Assembly (NCBI GenBank): GCA_010909165.1
Contig: MU008172.1
Location: forward strand, 930,001-994,000
Source: Anthoceros angustus
Lineage: Eukaryota; Plantae; Anthocerotophyta
Direction of reading: 5' to 3'
DNA length: 64,000 nucleotides
Shown here: positions 49,701-61,394 of the stretch, piece after piece
Layout of the letters: each line of letters starts with the position of its first letter
Position numbering within the stretch: position 1 is the first letter of the stretch
Position numbers and translations under genes: made by a program
Notes under the pieces: model-generated
Databases searched by the model: none
What the model saw: the letters and a program-made list of their open reading frames with translations, nothing else
What the model was told of the DNA's origin: nothing

Positions 49701-50605
49701 TCAGCATGCACCTGGTACCCAGTTTTCAAGTCCAATGCCCTGGCACAAGCCTGAAGGGCAGCCACAAACACATGCCCATCTGGCTTTACATTAGAAGTGA
49801 CGCGCATCCGACGATAGATTTGTATGGCCTGCTTATCTTGACCATGCTTAACATGCGCAGACATGATGGCTGACCAGGTGAAGACATCAGGGCTGGCAAC
49901 CGCGTCAAACACCTCCACGGCATCTTGCAACCTGCCATGAGCAGCGTACATTCGCAGAAAGTGGAAGCCCAGGAACGTGTCTGACTGGTACCCCTGTTTC
50001 AGAGTGACAGCACGGAGTCGGCAAGCCAGCGCAAGATCTTTGTGCGCAACACACTTCTTGAGGACGGTATGAAGGAGAGATTTAGGAACCGGGGGGCGGG
50101 TGAGCACCAGAAGTTCCAAAGCCTCGACAGCCTGAGCGAGGCGACCCTCACGACATAGCTTGCTCACAGTTCCAGCCGTGATGCCCCTAGAGTCACGTGC
50201 AGCCCTCCAAGGGGTGCTGTCACGGTGGGTGTCGGAGGCACAAGGACTAGCCATCCCCACATGCAGAATTGCAGAATCCCGGTCATCCACCCAAGCTGAA
50301 GCTGCCTTGTTCTTTGTTCTGTTAAACCAGAGCAGCTCATGCGACTGGGACTGCTTGTAGTGAAAAAAGTCATGGAACCAACCCACATTGCTCAACTTCC
50401 TCCTCCTGTTGTTCCTCTTCTTATGAAGACTTGACCTGTTATCCCACCGAAATGAAAGTGGGGGGCCTCGACAACACTGTGTTGGACATGCTAGGGCTGG
50501 GTATGCCTTTCTTTTTACTGCAAAGGCGTCGCACCTCTCCAATCCATATTGAGGGGCGGGAGTGAGAGTGGGAGCCGGAGCCAGAGGTTCACCAACAATA
50601 CCCAT
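46733..50605 (-). CDS. PLS-class pentatricopeptide repeat protein with E1/E2 and a PG-box-like end, no DYW domain; intronless
   Basis: Nine DV(V/F)xW P-type motifs in ~101-aa P-L-S triplets; HYACIVDLMGRAG; YVLLTN; KQRGQSCWADSAGVVHSF, then a short tail. True start is uncertain. Confidence 0.92.
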   Translation of the reverse strand: MGIVGEPLAPAPTLTPAPQYGLERCDAFAVKRKAYPALACPTQCCRGPPLSFRWDNRSSLHKKRNNRRRKLSNVGWFHDFFHYKQSQSHELLWFNRTKNKAASAWVDDRDSAILHVGMASPCASDTHRDSTPWRAARDSRGITAGTVSKLCREGRLAQAVEALELLVLTRPPVPKSLLHTVLKKCVAHKDLALACRLRAVTLKQGYQSDTFLGFHFLRMYAAHGRLQDAVEVFDAVASPDVFTWSAIMSAHVKHGQDKQAIQIYRRMRVTSNVKPDGHVFVAALQACARALDLKTGYQVHADVLASGSQPALFVSNCLLTMYTKCGSLENAQTVFDGLGEKDVVTWNALIAGYAHQGMGQKALRLYTAMQEGGVAEPNSVTFVCLLQACASVGIPALEKGKHLHAQITERGHQADVFIANSLVNMYAKCGSLHDAQGVFDGLHRKDVVTWNAMIAGYSQQGMGQEAFRLYSAMRQEGKAVPNAVTFVCLLRSCASLSTVVALEKGKHLHAQIKEHGHQADVFVANSLVNMYAKCDSLEDAQGVFDGLATKDVVTWNAMIGGYSRQGVGQKALHLYTVMQQEGITAPNSMTFVCLLQACASVGTTALEKGKLLHAQVREQGHETDVFVANSLVNMYAKCGSLDDAQSVFDGLGQKDVVAWNSLIVGYAQHGMGQEALNLFSAMQDEGVAVPDSWTFVHLLQACASMGNPALEKGRQLHVHITECVCRTDVFVGCSLVNMYAKCGSLEEAQTVFDRLVHKDVVTWTAMIAGYTQQGMGQEAIRLYSAMQEEGLAVCNSVTFVCLLQACAKVGPLALEMGKHLHVQVREGGHDTDVFVANSLVNMYAKCGSLEDAQRLFDGLCQRDVVTWNALISGYAQHGMGQEALRLYSDMQDAGMTIPDSVTFVCLLQACASLGTPALEMGKQLHAQTIAGGHEGDMSVANSLVNMYAKCGSLEDAQTVFDELGRKDVVTWTVMIAGYSQQGMGQAALGLYSAMQDYGVAVPNSVTFVCLLDSCGKLASLSSGRQLHAQILEQGLQADVCVAGSLINMYGRSGSMVDAQRVFDSLPNRDVVVWNALIAGYACHGESDTVFDLVRRMRVYGIEPDGITSLSVLTMCSHAGLLNKGKAYFEAMSRYYGIMATEDHYACIVDLMGRAGQLDEALALVRAMPVQPNAAIWHTLLGACQKWSNVEVGHHAFNEALKLDMNDGAAYVLLTNIFTGAQMWEQAQKTQLRRKRMRAWKQRGQSCWADSAGVVHSFVVEDEKQSRTAQAEISHKKKDVCHMTDDPKKIF

Positions 50606-50962
50606 TACCAAAGCCCAGAACCCAAAACCCAGAACCCAGACCCATACGAGTAGAGCCGTGGTAGACTACCTACCCTTCCTCGTAAACCCGACACCAGGAA
50701 TACCCTACTAGCCTGCTGGGTGACAAACAGAACCAACATCCGAATGTATAGAATGTCAAGGTCGGTTGGTAAACAACGAGAACAAAACAATCCGAAGAGA
50801 TACCTTTTCCTCAAGTGCTTGACCAATCTCCCTTCTTGCTGAAATGTTTGCCTACGCTGGCCAGGTCCTCGAGGACAAAAGTAATGCACAAACTACATAC
50901 GGTATACTAGAAATGATGGTAACAGTGACCTGTGACTATGGTCTCGACTCCCGCGTGCCGAG

Positions 50963-51637
50963 CTAGCTGCTCAGCATAGTAGCCATGACTGGCTGAAAAC
51001 GGGACGAAAGGGGAACCACAGTAACAGCTCGCAAGTGCTGCGCATTTCCCTTCCTTGATTTCCTCAGCACCAGCTCCACCATCTCCCCATACAGCAGACG
51101 GCTAGCAGTCTCAACTGCACAAGTTAGAGCCTCTCGCTCAGCTTGCAGCGTGCAACAAGACGTTGGACCAAATGTAAATGCTACTGCCTTGGTATGATGG
51201 GTATGCACCTGCAGACGGGTTCCTTGAAACCAGGCTGTAAAATTCGTCAGCGGAGCAGCCCATCAGGACTCGGGCTGCTCTATCAAATGCCACCACCATC
51301 AAAACCTTGTCCTGAGTTCCCACCGAAAGCTGAGGACACGAAAAAGGCTATTTAGAATTTTTAAGTTCCAGTGGCTAACGGGCTCCTCATGCATCCCTCA
51401 AGCCCACCTACGAGAAGTTTGTAGAGGCGTTTTGTGTTAGCCACCCCGTGGTGAACCAAACCTTGTCGGCAACGCTTACAGTTCTGCGTTTCAGAGGCAG
51501 CTGCAGGCTGTACTCCGTCTGCCACCACCTCTTCACATGTCCGGCACACTTGGTAGCTGCCCACACAATGACACATCCAACAGATGGGTATCCAACCACA
51601 GCATCTCCACAGACTCTACAAGGATGTGTGTGCACAT
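50963..51637 (-). CDS. Small Zn-ribbon/OB-fold protein (RPA70 C-terminal-like), multi-exon; start approximate
   Basis: Exon pieces YQVCRTCE...CKRC...KRLYKLL, VVAFDRAARVLMGCSADEF, GEMVELVL...GNAQHLR...PL...FQPV. Confidence 0.65.
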
Positions 51638-51987
51638 AACGCCACAACCTATCCGCTGTAAGGCACGACCAGAACTTGGGTTCAGTACCAGAAGCTGGAT
51701 GTATCCAGGGTTTCGATGCTGCAAAAAGGAATGTGGAGGTCAGCCATTTCTCCTTACAAACTTGAGGTTGATACCGAGATGATTGTGTCGGTTCCTGCTC
51801 CTACGCTATCGAACACAACCAGAAATATCCAAACAGAAACGTTCGACATGCTACGCTCAATTCACCATATATGTAGCGTCCCACTATAGCGTGTATTTAC
51901 GGACGCCAGTTTAGGGTTCCGCATCGGACCCAGCTTGCTGATGTTTGATTGAGAACACGGAGCGGAGGAGGTTCAAGCTTGGACACC

Positions 51988-54749
51988 ATGAAGACCACCA
52001 AGGGCGGAAAGGTCATGAACCCCACGGATGCGTACCGGAAAGAGCTCCGCAAGAAGGAGCTCAAGCGGGTCAGTGGGAGTGGGATTGCCGTTTTTTACCA
52101 TGGACGCGCCGTTCATTGTTCTTGCGGTGCCATTGCCTCCGGGGACCATAGAGTTGCTCCATCTACTATAGACCTTGCCATGCTAGAAGCTCAGTTTTGT
52201 GGAATTTCGGAAAAATCCTTGCAGAACAAAAAGGAGAGGAAGAAAGTCCGGGAGGTTGGCATTCTGAAGAAAGATCCAGAGGCAATCAAGGAGCAGATCA
52301 GGAAACTGGAAATGCTGAGTCCGTGCTCCTATGCTATCCTCCTCACCGTGTGCTTTTGCTTTGCTTATGGACGTATTCTTGTTGGGTGTCACCTTCCCGA
52401 TTGTTTGCATTTCACTTGGTTCCCAGGAGGATCAGTCACCCACGAAATTATTGCTTCCAGCCCGTTGCGTGTTGCTCATTGTAGTCGTCTGTGTGCAGAA
52501 GCTGATGGAGCTCTTGACAAAACTCGACGCCACAAGAAAAGGCAGCTCGAAGATACTCTGAACCTTGTCTTGAAAAAAAGAAAGGTATGTTTTAAATACA
52601 CGACAGTCCCTAGGTATCCTCACAGTATGAGGCACTCTGCATGTATGAGTCTCACCACCATCATGTGTGTGCAGGAGTATGAGGAGAAGATGAGAGAGAT
52701 GGGGGAAGAGCCTGTCATGTTCAGGTAGATAAACCTTTTCGGCGGATGTCTAGGGGAGGTCCTAATCTTTCGAAATGCTCTTCTCGTATGCCATGTTAGC
52801 TCCAATTTCAATCAATCTTTGATGTGTAAGGTGTAATCTTGTGCTGTTTGCAGCCATTTACCAGCTCCTCGGAGAAGGGCCACAGCGGAAGAAGAAGAGA
52901 GGGCAAAGCACCCTAAACCAGAGGTTGGTTGTTGCTGCTTAGGGCTCTGTCATGTTCTCGGTGGTTGGATTGTGCCTTGACCAACCTTTTTACTTTGCAG
53001 GACTCGGTTTATTTTCATCCCACACTAAATCCTACGGGGGCTCCCCCTCCTGGCAAGCCGCCTATGTATAAGTCGTCCATTGGTAAAGTACTGTTCAATC
53101 AAGCTCAACTTGTGATTTTATCCAGTATGTGATTGAGCAGATGCAGTTCTGTCAAGCAGGTTCTCTGCGAAGAATCTATGGCATCCTGGTATTTTCTTTG
53201 CCTAATTGTGCTTTGGTTGTGTTTTTAGGGCCAAGGATACCGCTCTCTGGAACTGCTGTATATCCAGAGCAAGGAGGCGTGCCTTTGCCACCACCTCCAC
53301 CTCCACCGCCTCTTCCTTCAAATGCGGATGGATCTTCTCCTGGCGATTCTGACATGCCGCTGACAGTTCCAGTGCCCCCCCCACCCCCTGCACCCCATGT
53401 TGTAGGACAATCTCTGCCTCCACCCCCACCACCACCCCCTCCTCCTCCTCCTCCTTCCGTCTCCACTGGCCCAACAGGATTGTCAGCTCCTCTTCCACCA
53501 CTGCATGCCAGACCATCCCAGCCTCCACCTCCTGGAACAGCAGAAGGGTCGACCTCTATGAACCTTGGAGGTCTTGACAGCATGCAAGTGGACTTAGATG
53601 AAATGTCGGCTGCTGGACATGGTTTTGTCCGGCATGAATGGGTGAGAATGCAACCTGTAACGGTCACTGTTTGGTTTGTCTTATGTTGGTTGATTCTGCA
53701 CTTTTCAATCTAATCTCACAAAGCATGAAAAGGTTTCACATGTGATCTGAACTTTTTTGCAGGTTGCAAGCAGGGTACCACCACCCCCTCCTCCTAGGAG
53801 AGCAGGGCTGTCCATGCTAGAAGATGATGATGGAGGAGTGCCTGATGAGGCAGGGCACATAAACATTTTGCAGCAGCGAGGGGCACCCCCACCAACCCAA
53901 GCTATGAGACCTCCTCCAGGCCCACCCCCACGAGTACCGACCATGCTGATGAGACCACCGGCAGGTTCTCCTCAAAACGGAATGGCTGAGATTCCACCTC
54001 CTGGGGTGGGCCAATCTGCAGGTGCCGGTCCAGGAACATCTAGGTTGCCACCACCACCACCTCCACCCAGTGGACCAAGGCCGCCTCTTTCCAGTGTCAC
54101 CCCCGGGCCACCACCACCCCATTTAGCTCAAGCTCCGCGAATTCTATCTTCTGGGATAGCCCCTGCTCCAGTTTCACTTCCTGTGCCACCCCCAGCTACA
54201 AGATCTCATCTTGGTCCCCCTCCACCTGGACCACCTCCTGCTCTAAGGCCCCCCTTGGTTCTGCCGCCAGCACAGGGACCTCTGGTTGGTCTTCCACCAC
54301 CTCCACCTCCCAGGATGATGGATGTCACAGGTACAGCTGAGGAGCAAGAGAGACCTGTGATGGTTCCAGCTAAACCGTCGTATATTAAGTCAGCTGCAGC
54401 CACAGTTGTGAAAAGGCCTCTTGCTCAGCACACTCCTGAGCTCACTTCTATGGTAGGTGTTGTCTTTCGGCAAGGCCAATGCTGATGACGCCCTTCTGTG
54501 GAATGGAAGTAGGTTGAAATTTGATTCGGTTGATCTTGCAATTTGGTGTAGGTACCTGCTTCTGTCCGGGTGCGAAGGGAGAACACAACCAAGGCGAAAC
54601 CAAAGTCAGCTTTGATACCTGCACTGGTGCCGAATATCAGGAGACCACCGACAGCGCCGGCAGCTGCGAAGGGGAATGCCATTGATGATTCGTATTCAGC
54701 ATTTTTGGAGGACATGAAAGCACTGGGAGCGTTCGAGGGAGGGGTATGA
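51988..54749 (+). CDS. ELF5: WW domain-binding protein 11 / EARLY FLOWERING 5-like splicing factor, multi-exon
   Basis: [62 protein letters not shown], long Pro-rich centre, C-terminal [14 protein letters not shown]. Confidence 0.9.
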
Positions 54750-55694
54750 CGTCCCACATTGGCTGCTGTAGCGTCACACTGCCAGTTTTTCTTGCTATCG
54801 TGTTGGAGCCTGGAAAATCTTTAGTGGTTTCAGTGGATGCGAATGTCAGTGTGTCGATGTATATCGTTGTACAGATGACTAGCGCCGGGTAAGATAGTTC
54901 AGTTGGCAAGAGTAATATATGTAGGTGGCCCCGAAATTCGGACGCAAGATGGGACGAATTGTCCCTTTTGTGGATCATGTTCTCGGTCCTACTTTTCAGA
55001 ATATCTTCTGGCACAGTTAACCGTGTATGTTTTTACAGACCTGTGTCTGGAAATCATCAATGAGCTATTTGACGAAGGTTATTGTCGTGTAAATGTCGGC
55101 TGATTTCTCCAGCCCGGCATGGTTCTCTTCAAATGCGGGTAAGACTCTCATATACATATCCAATCTACCCGTCTTCACGAGTCCTATACATACATATTTA
55201 TGTATGTAGGTACATATGTAGCGAGAGAAACTCCCCCTAGAAACAAGAGATCAAAGGATGAAGTGTGAAATGGTCGAAAATCTGAGGAGGATGAAGCGTG
55301 AAATGGTCGCAGCTGATGAGAAATGCATAGCACGTGGGCCGTGGCACCCACGAGCTGCCCGTGGTTACTCAACCGAGTATTTGGTAAAACGAAGTACATA
55401 ATGGTGAAACTGTGCAAGTTGCTGGTTCCCGAGAAAGGAGTGCAATCACCTCAAGACAAAGTCGGGCAGTATTTGGTGTTGCAGTTCTTGAACTTGACTG
55501 AGCCTCGTCTGCCCTCACATAGCTTCTATCTTGCCAAACTGGTGGGATCAAGTCGGCGGAGTGCGCTTCTCTGTAGCAGGGTGTGTTCCCTGCCTTGCAT
55601 GGAGTTGGGATTCATGTTGTTTACTCGTGTGGCTTTTGTGTAGCAGCATTGCTTACCCAGCGTCTTCATTGATTTCAGAACATCAACGGGAGCC

Positions 55695-56654
55695 ATGCCG
55701 GGCCAGGGCCAGCCACATGTTGTAGACAGGAGTGCAAAGGTGTACGTGGCAGGCCACAGAGGGCTGGTAGGCTCCGCGTTAGTCCGCAAGTTGGAGAAGG
55801 AAGGCTTCACCAACCTGGTAGTCCGCACGCACAAGCAGCTGGACCTCACTCGCCAAGCTGATGTCGAGAAATTCTTCGAGGAGGAGAGGCCCGCGTATGT
55901 CATTCTGGCCGCTGCCAAGGTTGGCGGGATCCATGCAAATAGCACGTATCCTGCCGAATTCATTGCGGACAACCTCCAGATCCAGACCAATGTCATCCAT
56001 TCCGCCTACCGTTTTGGAGTCAAGAAGCTGCTGTTCCTAGGGTCGTCGTGCATCTACCCTAAACTGGCGCCCCAGCCTATCACCGAAGACTCTCTGCTCA
56101 CAAGCCCGCTGGAACCTACCAACGAGTGGTATGCAGTGGCCAAAATTGCGGGCATCAAGATGTGCGAGGCGTACCGCATTCAGTACAAGTTCGACGCCAT
56201 CTCTGGGATGCCAACCAATTTGTATGGGCCGCATGACAACTTCCATCCCGACAACTCTCATGTGCTGCCTGGCTTGATCCGGAGATTCCACGAGGCCAAA
56301 GTGACGGGGGCCAAGCAGGTGACGGTGTGGGGAACAGGCTCTCCGTTGCGGGAGTTTCTGCATGTGGATGACCTCGCCGATGCCGTCTTCTTCCTGCTCA
56401 ACAGCTACAGCGACCTGCAGCACCTCAACATAGGCAGTGGAAAGGAGGTGACCATCAAGGAGCTCGCGGAGCTGGTGAAAGAAGTTGTAGGTTTTCCGGG
56501 CCAGCTCGTGTGGGATTCCACCAAGCCCGACGGGACACCCCGCAAATTGATGGACAGTTCCAAGCTAGCCAGTCTGGGCTGGCACGCCAAAATTCCTCTC
56601 AAGGAGGGCTTGGCAGAAACCTACAACTGGTATTTGTCCAACTACCATGCATAA
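55695..56654 (+). CDS. GER1: GDP-L-fucose synthase (GDP-4-keto-6-deoxymannose epimerase-reductase), intronless
   Basis: [82 protein letters not shown]. Confidence 0.96.
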   Translation: MPGQGQPHVVDRSAKVYVAGHRGLVGSALVRKLEKEGFTNLVVRTHKQLDLTRQADVEKFFEEERPAYVILAAAKVGGIHANSTYPAEFIADNLQIQTNVIHSAYRFGVKKLLFLGSSCIYPKLAPQPITEDSLLTSPLEPTNEWYAVAKIAGIKMCEAYRIQYKFDAISGMPTNLYGPHDNFHPDNSHVLPGLIRRFHEAKVTGAKQVTVWGTGSPLREFLHVDDLADAVFFLLNSYSDLQHLNIGSGKEVTIKELAELVKEVVGFPGQLVWDSTKPDGTPRKLMDSSKLASLGWHAKIPLKEGLAETYNWYLSNYHA

Positions 56655-57246
56655 CAAAATGCTTATGGCAAGCTTGTAGGTAGGTAGGTATGTAAGTAGT
56701 GCGTATGTATTTAAGAAAATCAGTTCACGGCAGTTGTCACCCTAAACGAATTCACATATCTATTGAATTTTGTGCAAGTTCCTCCTCTCCTCTGCAAAGT
56801 ACATTGGTTATGTGACGTTACGCTAAAAATGGCTATCGTGCCCGTCCTCTAAATGGGACACAAACATCTTCTATACAATCTGTATTTCACTTTCAATCAA
56901 CTACCACATAAAAGTTCGCATGAATGGGGAGGCTGAGATGCCGATAAAGTGGCCGTGAATCCAACTTGTCTCACAAGGGTCCTAGCCTTTGGTGACGTGA
57001 ACTTCTCCTCCAGCCTCACAATAAGACCCGGGAAGTTACAAGCATGCCAGCCGCATAGAAATGTTGAATCGCATAACACGTATCGTGAATAATTGTCGAC
57101 TCACGAGTCTTCAGAGATGATGCCAACCTGGTCCAAATTTTGGACCGTGCTCTCCAAACACTCAACCTGTGCCAATCCAGGAGTGTTCCATGACAAGGAC
57201 AGCCAGCAAGGCCCACGGTGGTGGCGAGTGCCCCCTAAAGAAGCTG

Positions 57247-58959
57247 TTATGTCAAATAGCCCTCTTGATATTCGACATCAGCACAAACAAGAATGTAACC
57301 AGCTTCATACTTCAAATCTGCGTTCTTGATCTCCACAGCAGGCACAACTGGCAACGGAAATCCCTTTTTCAGAGCCACGTTTATCAAGGGTAGGATCACT
57401 TTGTTGAGAACAGTTTGCACTGCGACCTCCACAAGCTTAACAGGGAACGTGCCCACGTCACTCCAATCCAGTGCCATGGTGAAGTCACCTAGTGATGCTT
57501 GAGCGGTGATGTTGTTGTCCACAATACTGACCACCGCATCCATAGATATATCCAGGCTCACAGAAGCTACTGCAATGACCTCATCAGACTCATCAGAGCC
57601 TAGGACTTCAATGAGCATGTCTGTCGCAGCAGCAACACTCACTCCTGCTGGAGAGAGGCCAATCTGGGGAGGAGCCGACACTACAAAATCTAATTGCATA
57701 TCCTGGTTTGGATACTTCTTGTAAAGCTGTGGAGCTATATACTTCCAGCTTGCAGTGTTCAGGATGGCTTGCCCAGCTATATCGTCTACAATCCAACGCA
57801 GAGCCCCGGATTCATAGAACACCCTTGATGCTGAGTTGAGCTCAGTGTCACTGAGCGCGATAGAAATCATTTTAAACTTGTCATCAGTGCAAAACACACC
57901 AGTAGGAAGCTGAGTCTTGGGCAGGTTGGCTCCTCCGCTCTGCTGGCCTTGCAGACTCACAAATTCACCTTTCGCCCCAACACTCAAATAAGTTGGACTC
58001 AGGAGAGGATCCTGCACGATGGTGAGATCAATTCCAACATCTTCATCTATGGGTGCAATGCGCGGAAGGTTGAGCAGCAAGTTGTCAAGCTCGTCTGCTG
58101 CCTGGATAATTTTTTCAGTTAACGCAATCTGTATAGAAGACCGTATTTGATAGTCAAACAAGTACACAAACCACTGGTATAACCAAGAGGCGCCACCATG
58201 CAGACTTATGTCCAGATTTTCTATGTATATGCCACACTCCATAACTGCAAGCCTGAGCGTCCCGTTATTCTCATGCAAACCGAAGGTTGCCGCAGCTTGC
58301 ATTCCACTGACATGGATGTCAGCAATACCACTGTCACTGATTGGCCACGGGATATATGCTGCTGTATACTTGTATGACCAATGCAACGACATACTCGCTT
58401 GCAATCCACCAGCAAAGATGGTAATCCCCTTCTCACCCATGAGATCAAGGTCCGAATATGTAACACTTGCAGCTGAAAGAAGTACTTTCTCGAGCTTAAA
58501 ATCAACAGTCCCAATAGGGATCTCCACTTTAGTAGCTATGTTGGGCAAAGTCAAGGGGGTTATCTCCTGCAGTACCTGCTGCACCAGAACATCCTTCACA
58601 TACAACAGCCCTTCTTCCGAGAGTGTGACCATCACCCCAGCCGTATCACCCGAGGCTGATATCGAAGAAGGAGGAGCCCTACGATGACCTTCCATCTCCA
58701 AGAGAGAGCCAGCAGAAGATTTCTCACCAGCATAGTCACCCTTCCTACGTTGCACACGTTCCCAACCAGGATAACGGCCAGGGATATCAGAGATAACAGC
58801 TAATTCCTCTTGCCTAGGTGCCTGATTATACTGTCCATCTATGTACGGCTGCTTATCGAGCAAATGCCTTGGGCCATCAGCACACAGTACAGAAGGCGGA
58901 AGAAGTAACAGGGCAGTAAAAAACCTGAGGATCCAAGCCCACCGCCCCATGTTTGGCAT
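57247..58959 (-). CDS. LBP/BPI-family lipid-binding protein, intronless
   Basis: Signal peptide (ILRFFTALLLLPPSVLCA), GVMVTLSEEGLLYVKDVL, LHGGASWLYQWFV, LNTASWKYIAPQLYKKYPNQDM, LINVALKKGFPLP; ORF open to 59004, first ATG at 58959. Confidence 0.88.
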   Translation of the reverse strand: MPNMGRWAWILRFFTALLLLPPSVLCADGPRHLLDKQPYIDGQYNQAPRQEELAVISDIPGRYPGWERVQRRKGDYAGEKSSAGSLLEMEGHRRAPPSSISASGDTAGVMVTLSEEGLLYVKDVLVQQVLQEITPLTLPNIATKVEIPIGTVDFKLEKVLLSAASVTYSDLDLMGEKGITIFAGGLQASMSLHWSYKYTAAYIPWPISDSGIADIHVSGMQAAATFGLHENNGTLRLAVMECGIYIENLDISLHGGASWLYQWFVYLFDYQIRSSIQIALTEKIIQAADELDNLLLNLPRIAPIDEDVGIDLTIVQDPLLSPTYLSVGAKGEFVSLQGQQSGGANLPKTQLPTGVFCTDDKFKMISIALSDTELNSASRVFYESGALRWIVDDIAGQAILNTASWKYIAPQLYKKYPNQDMQLDFVVSAPPQIGLSPAGVSVAAATDMLIEVLGSDESDEVIAVASVSLDISMDAVVSIVDNNITAQASLGDFTMALDWSDVGTFPVKLVEVAVQTVLNKVILPLINVALKKGFPLPVVPAVEIKNADLKYEAGYILVCADVEYQEGYLT

Positions 58960-59314
58960 ACCATGAAAAGTAAGCAAGCGTCCCAGTTCCCAGACCAAGC
59001 TCAAGGCACCATACAGGACCGCAGCACCGTCCTACTCCAGGCAACTTGAAGTGGCAAGGAATTCAACCTTGTAGACCGATCACCTGCTGAGCCAGATACC
59101 ACCGCCTACCATTTTCAAAGAGCAATAGACCCCATAGCGAGCCTTGGCCTTGGTGATACCAGCCTAACAAGCAATCCGGAGCCTGGACACAGAAGTTACC
59201 GGGTGGAGACGCAGATCCCTTGATCGAATAAGGACAGGAATCCAATCTCCGCCCCGAGTGCAGTTCCAGCTCCCGGCTCTCCACCTGAAATCCGGACGAT
59301 GATGCTCAACAACT

Positions 59315-60961
59315 GCTGGAGAGAGGCCAATCTGGGAGGAGCCGACACTACAAAATCTAATTGCATATCCTGGTTTGGATACTTCTTGTAAAGCTGTGGA
59401 GCTATATACTTCCAGCTTGCAGTGTTCAGGATGGCTTGCCCAGCTATATCGTCTACAATCCAACGCAGAGCCCCGGATTCATAGAACACCCTTGATGTTG
59501 AGTTGAGCTCAGTGTCACTGATAGAAATCATTTTAAACTTGTCATCAGTGCAAAACACACCAGTAGGAAGCTGAGTCTTGGGCAGGTTGGCTCCTCCGCT
59601 CTGCTGGCCTTGCAGACTCACAAATTCACCTTTCGCCCCAACACTCAAATAAGTTGGACTCAGGAGAGGATCCTGCACGATGGTGAGATCAATTCCAACA
59701 TCTTCATCTATGGGTGCAATGGAAGGTTGAGCAGCGTTGTCAAGCTCGTCTGCTGCCTGGATAATTTTTCAGTTAACGCAATCTGTATAGAAGACCGTAT
59801 TTGATAGTCAAACAAGTACACAAACCACTGGTATAACCAAGAGGCGCCACCATGCAGACTTATGTCCAGATTTTCTATGTATATGCTACACTCCATAACT
59901 GCAAGCCTGAGCGTCCCGTTATTCTCATGCAAACCGAAGGTTGCCGCAGCTTGCATTCCACTGACATGGATGTCAGCAATACCACTGTCACTGATTGGCC
60001 ACGGATATATATGCTGTATACTTGTATGACCAATGCAACGACATACTCGCTTGCAATCCACCAGCAAAGATGGTAATCCCCTTCTCACCCATGAGATCAA
60101 GGTCCGAATATGTAACACTTGCAGCTGAAAGAAGTACTTTCTCGAGCTTAAAATCAACAGTCCCAATAGGGATCTCCACTTTAGTAGCTATGTTGGGCAA
60201 AGTCAAGGGGTTATCTCCTGCAGTACCTGCTGCACCAGAACATCCTTCACATACAACAGCCCTTCTTCCGAGAGTGACCATCACCCCAGCCGTATCACCT
60301 GAGGCTGATATCGAAGAAGGAGGAGCCCTACGATGACCTTCCATCTCCAAGAGAGAGCCAGCAGAAGATTTCTCACCAGCATAGTCACCCTTCCTACGTT
60401 GCACACGTTCCCAACCAGGATAACGGCCAGGGATATCAGAGATAACAGCTAATTCCTCTTGCCTAGGTGCCTGATTATACTGTCCATCTATGTACGGCTG
60501 CTTATCGAGCAATGGCCATCAGCACACAGTACAGAAGAAGGCGGAAGAAGTAACAGGGCAGTAAAAAACCTGAGGATCCAAGCCCACCGCCCCATGTTTG
60601 GCATACCATGAAAAGTAAGCAAGCGTCCCAGTTCCCAGACCAAGCTCAAGGCACCATACAGGACCGCAGCACCGTCCTACTCCAGGCAACTTGAAGTGGC
60701 AAGGAATTCAACCTTGTAGACCGATCACCTGCTGAGCCAGATACCACCGCCTACCATTTTCAAAGAGCAATAGACCCCATAGCGAGCCTTGGCCTTGGTG
60801 ATACCAGCCTAACAAGCAATCCGGAGCCTGGACACAGAAGTTACCGGGTGGAGACGCAGATCCCTTGATCGAATAAGGACAGGAATCCAATCTCCGCCCC
60901 GAGTGCAGTTCCAGCTCCCGGCTCTCCACCTGAAATCCGGACGATGATGCTCAACAACCAA
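59315..60961 (-). pseudogene. 3'-truncated, frameshifted duplicate of the LBP/BPI gene and its upstream region; possibly an assembly duplicate
   Basis: Repeats 57647-59314 with many 1-3 nt indels; junction at a shared GCTGGAG. Confidence 0.8.
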
Positions 60962-61394
60962 GCTGGAGTGTGGCAAAACCACTCTAGGGACTGCTTCCAC
61001 ACCTACGTCTCCTCCACCGGTACGTCAAATCCCTGTCCGACTACAGTGCGACTATAATATGTATTTATACCACCAGCTGCGGCTCCAAAACCCTGCCCCG
61101 GAGCTAACAGGAATCGGAATCAGCTTTGGGCCTGGGGCTGGTTTCACGTCGCTCGGAAATCGACAGAGCCAACTCCTTTCCTTTGCTCATCCGCACTCCA
61201 ATCCACGCCACCACATCACTGTACGGCGGCGTGAAGGGGAAATCAGGCGGGATAAGAGTGTGTCATTCGTGGAAGATCAACTGTGTGAAGTAATTTCGAA
61301 AGAAAGTGGCCTTTTATTTCCACCAAAGTGGAGACGAGTCGAGTCGAGTCTAGCGCAGACGGGCGGGCAGCTCGGGCTGCAAGCAGCGGATGTG

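Noticed and set aside
48023-49873. Long + strand ORFs (369 aa, 230 aa) opposite the PPR
   Set aside because: Antisense shadows of repetitive PPR codons
53176-54403. Gly-rich - strand ORFs
   Set aside because: Antisense of the poly-proline exons of ELF5
61059-61394. N-terminal extension of the EGY-like ORF from the first ATG
   Set aside because: It overlaps the divergent promoter region with the LBP gene and lacks targeting character; the ATG at 61395 is more plausible but unproven
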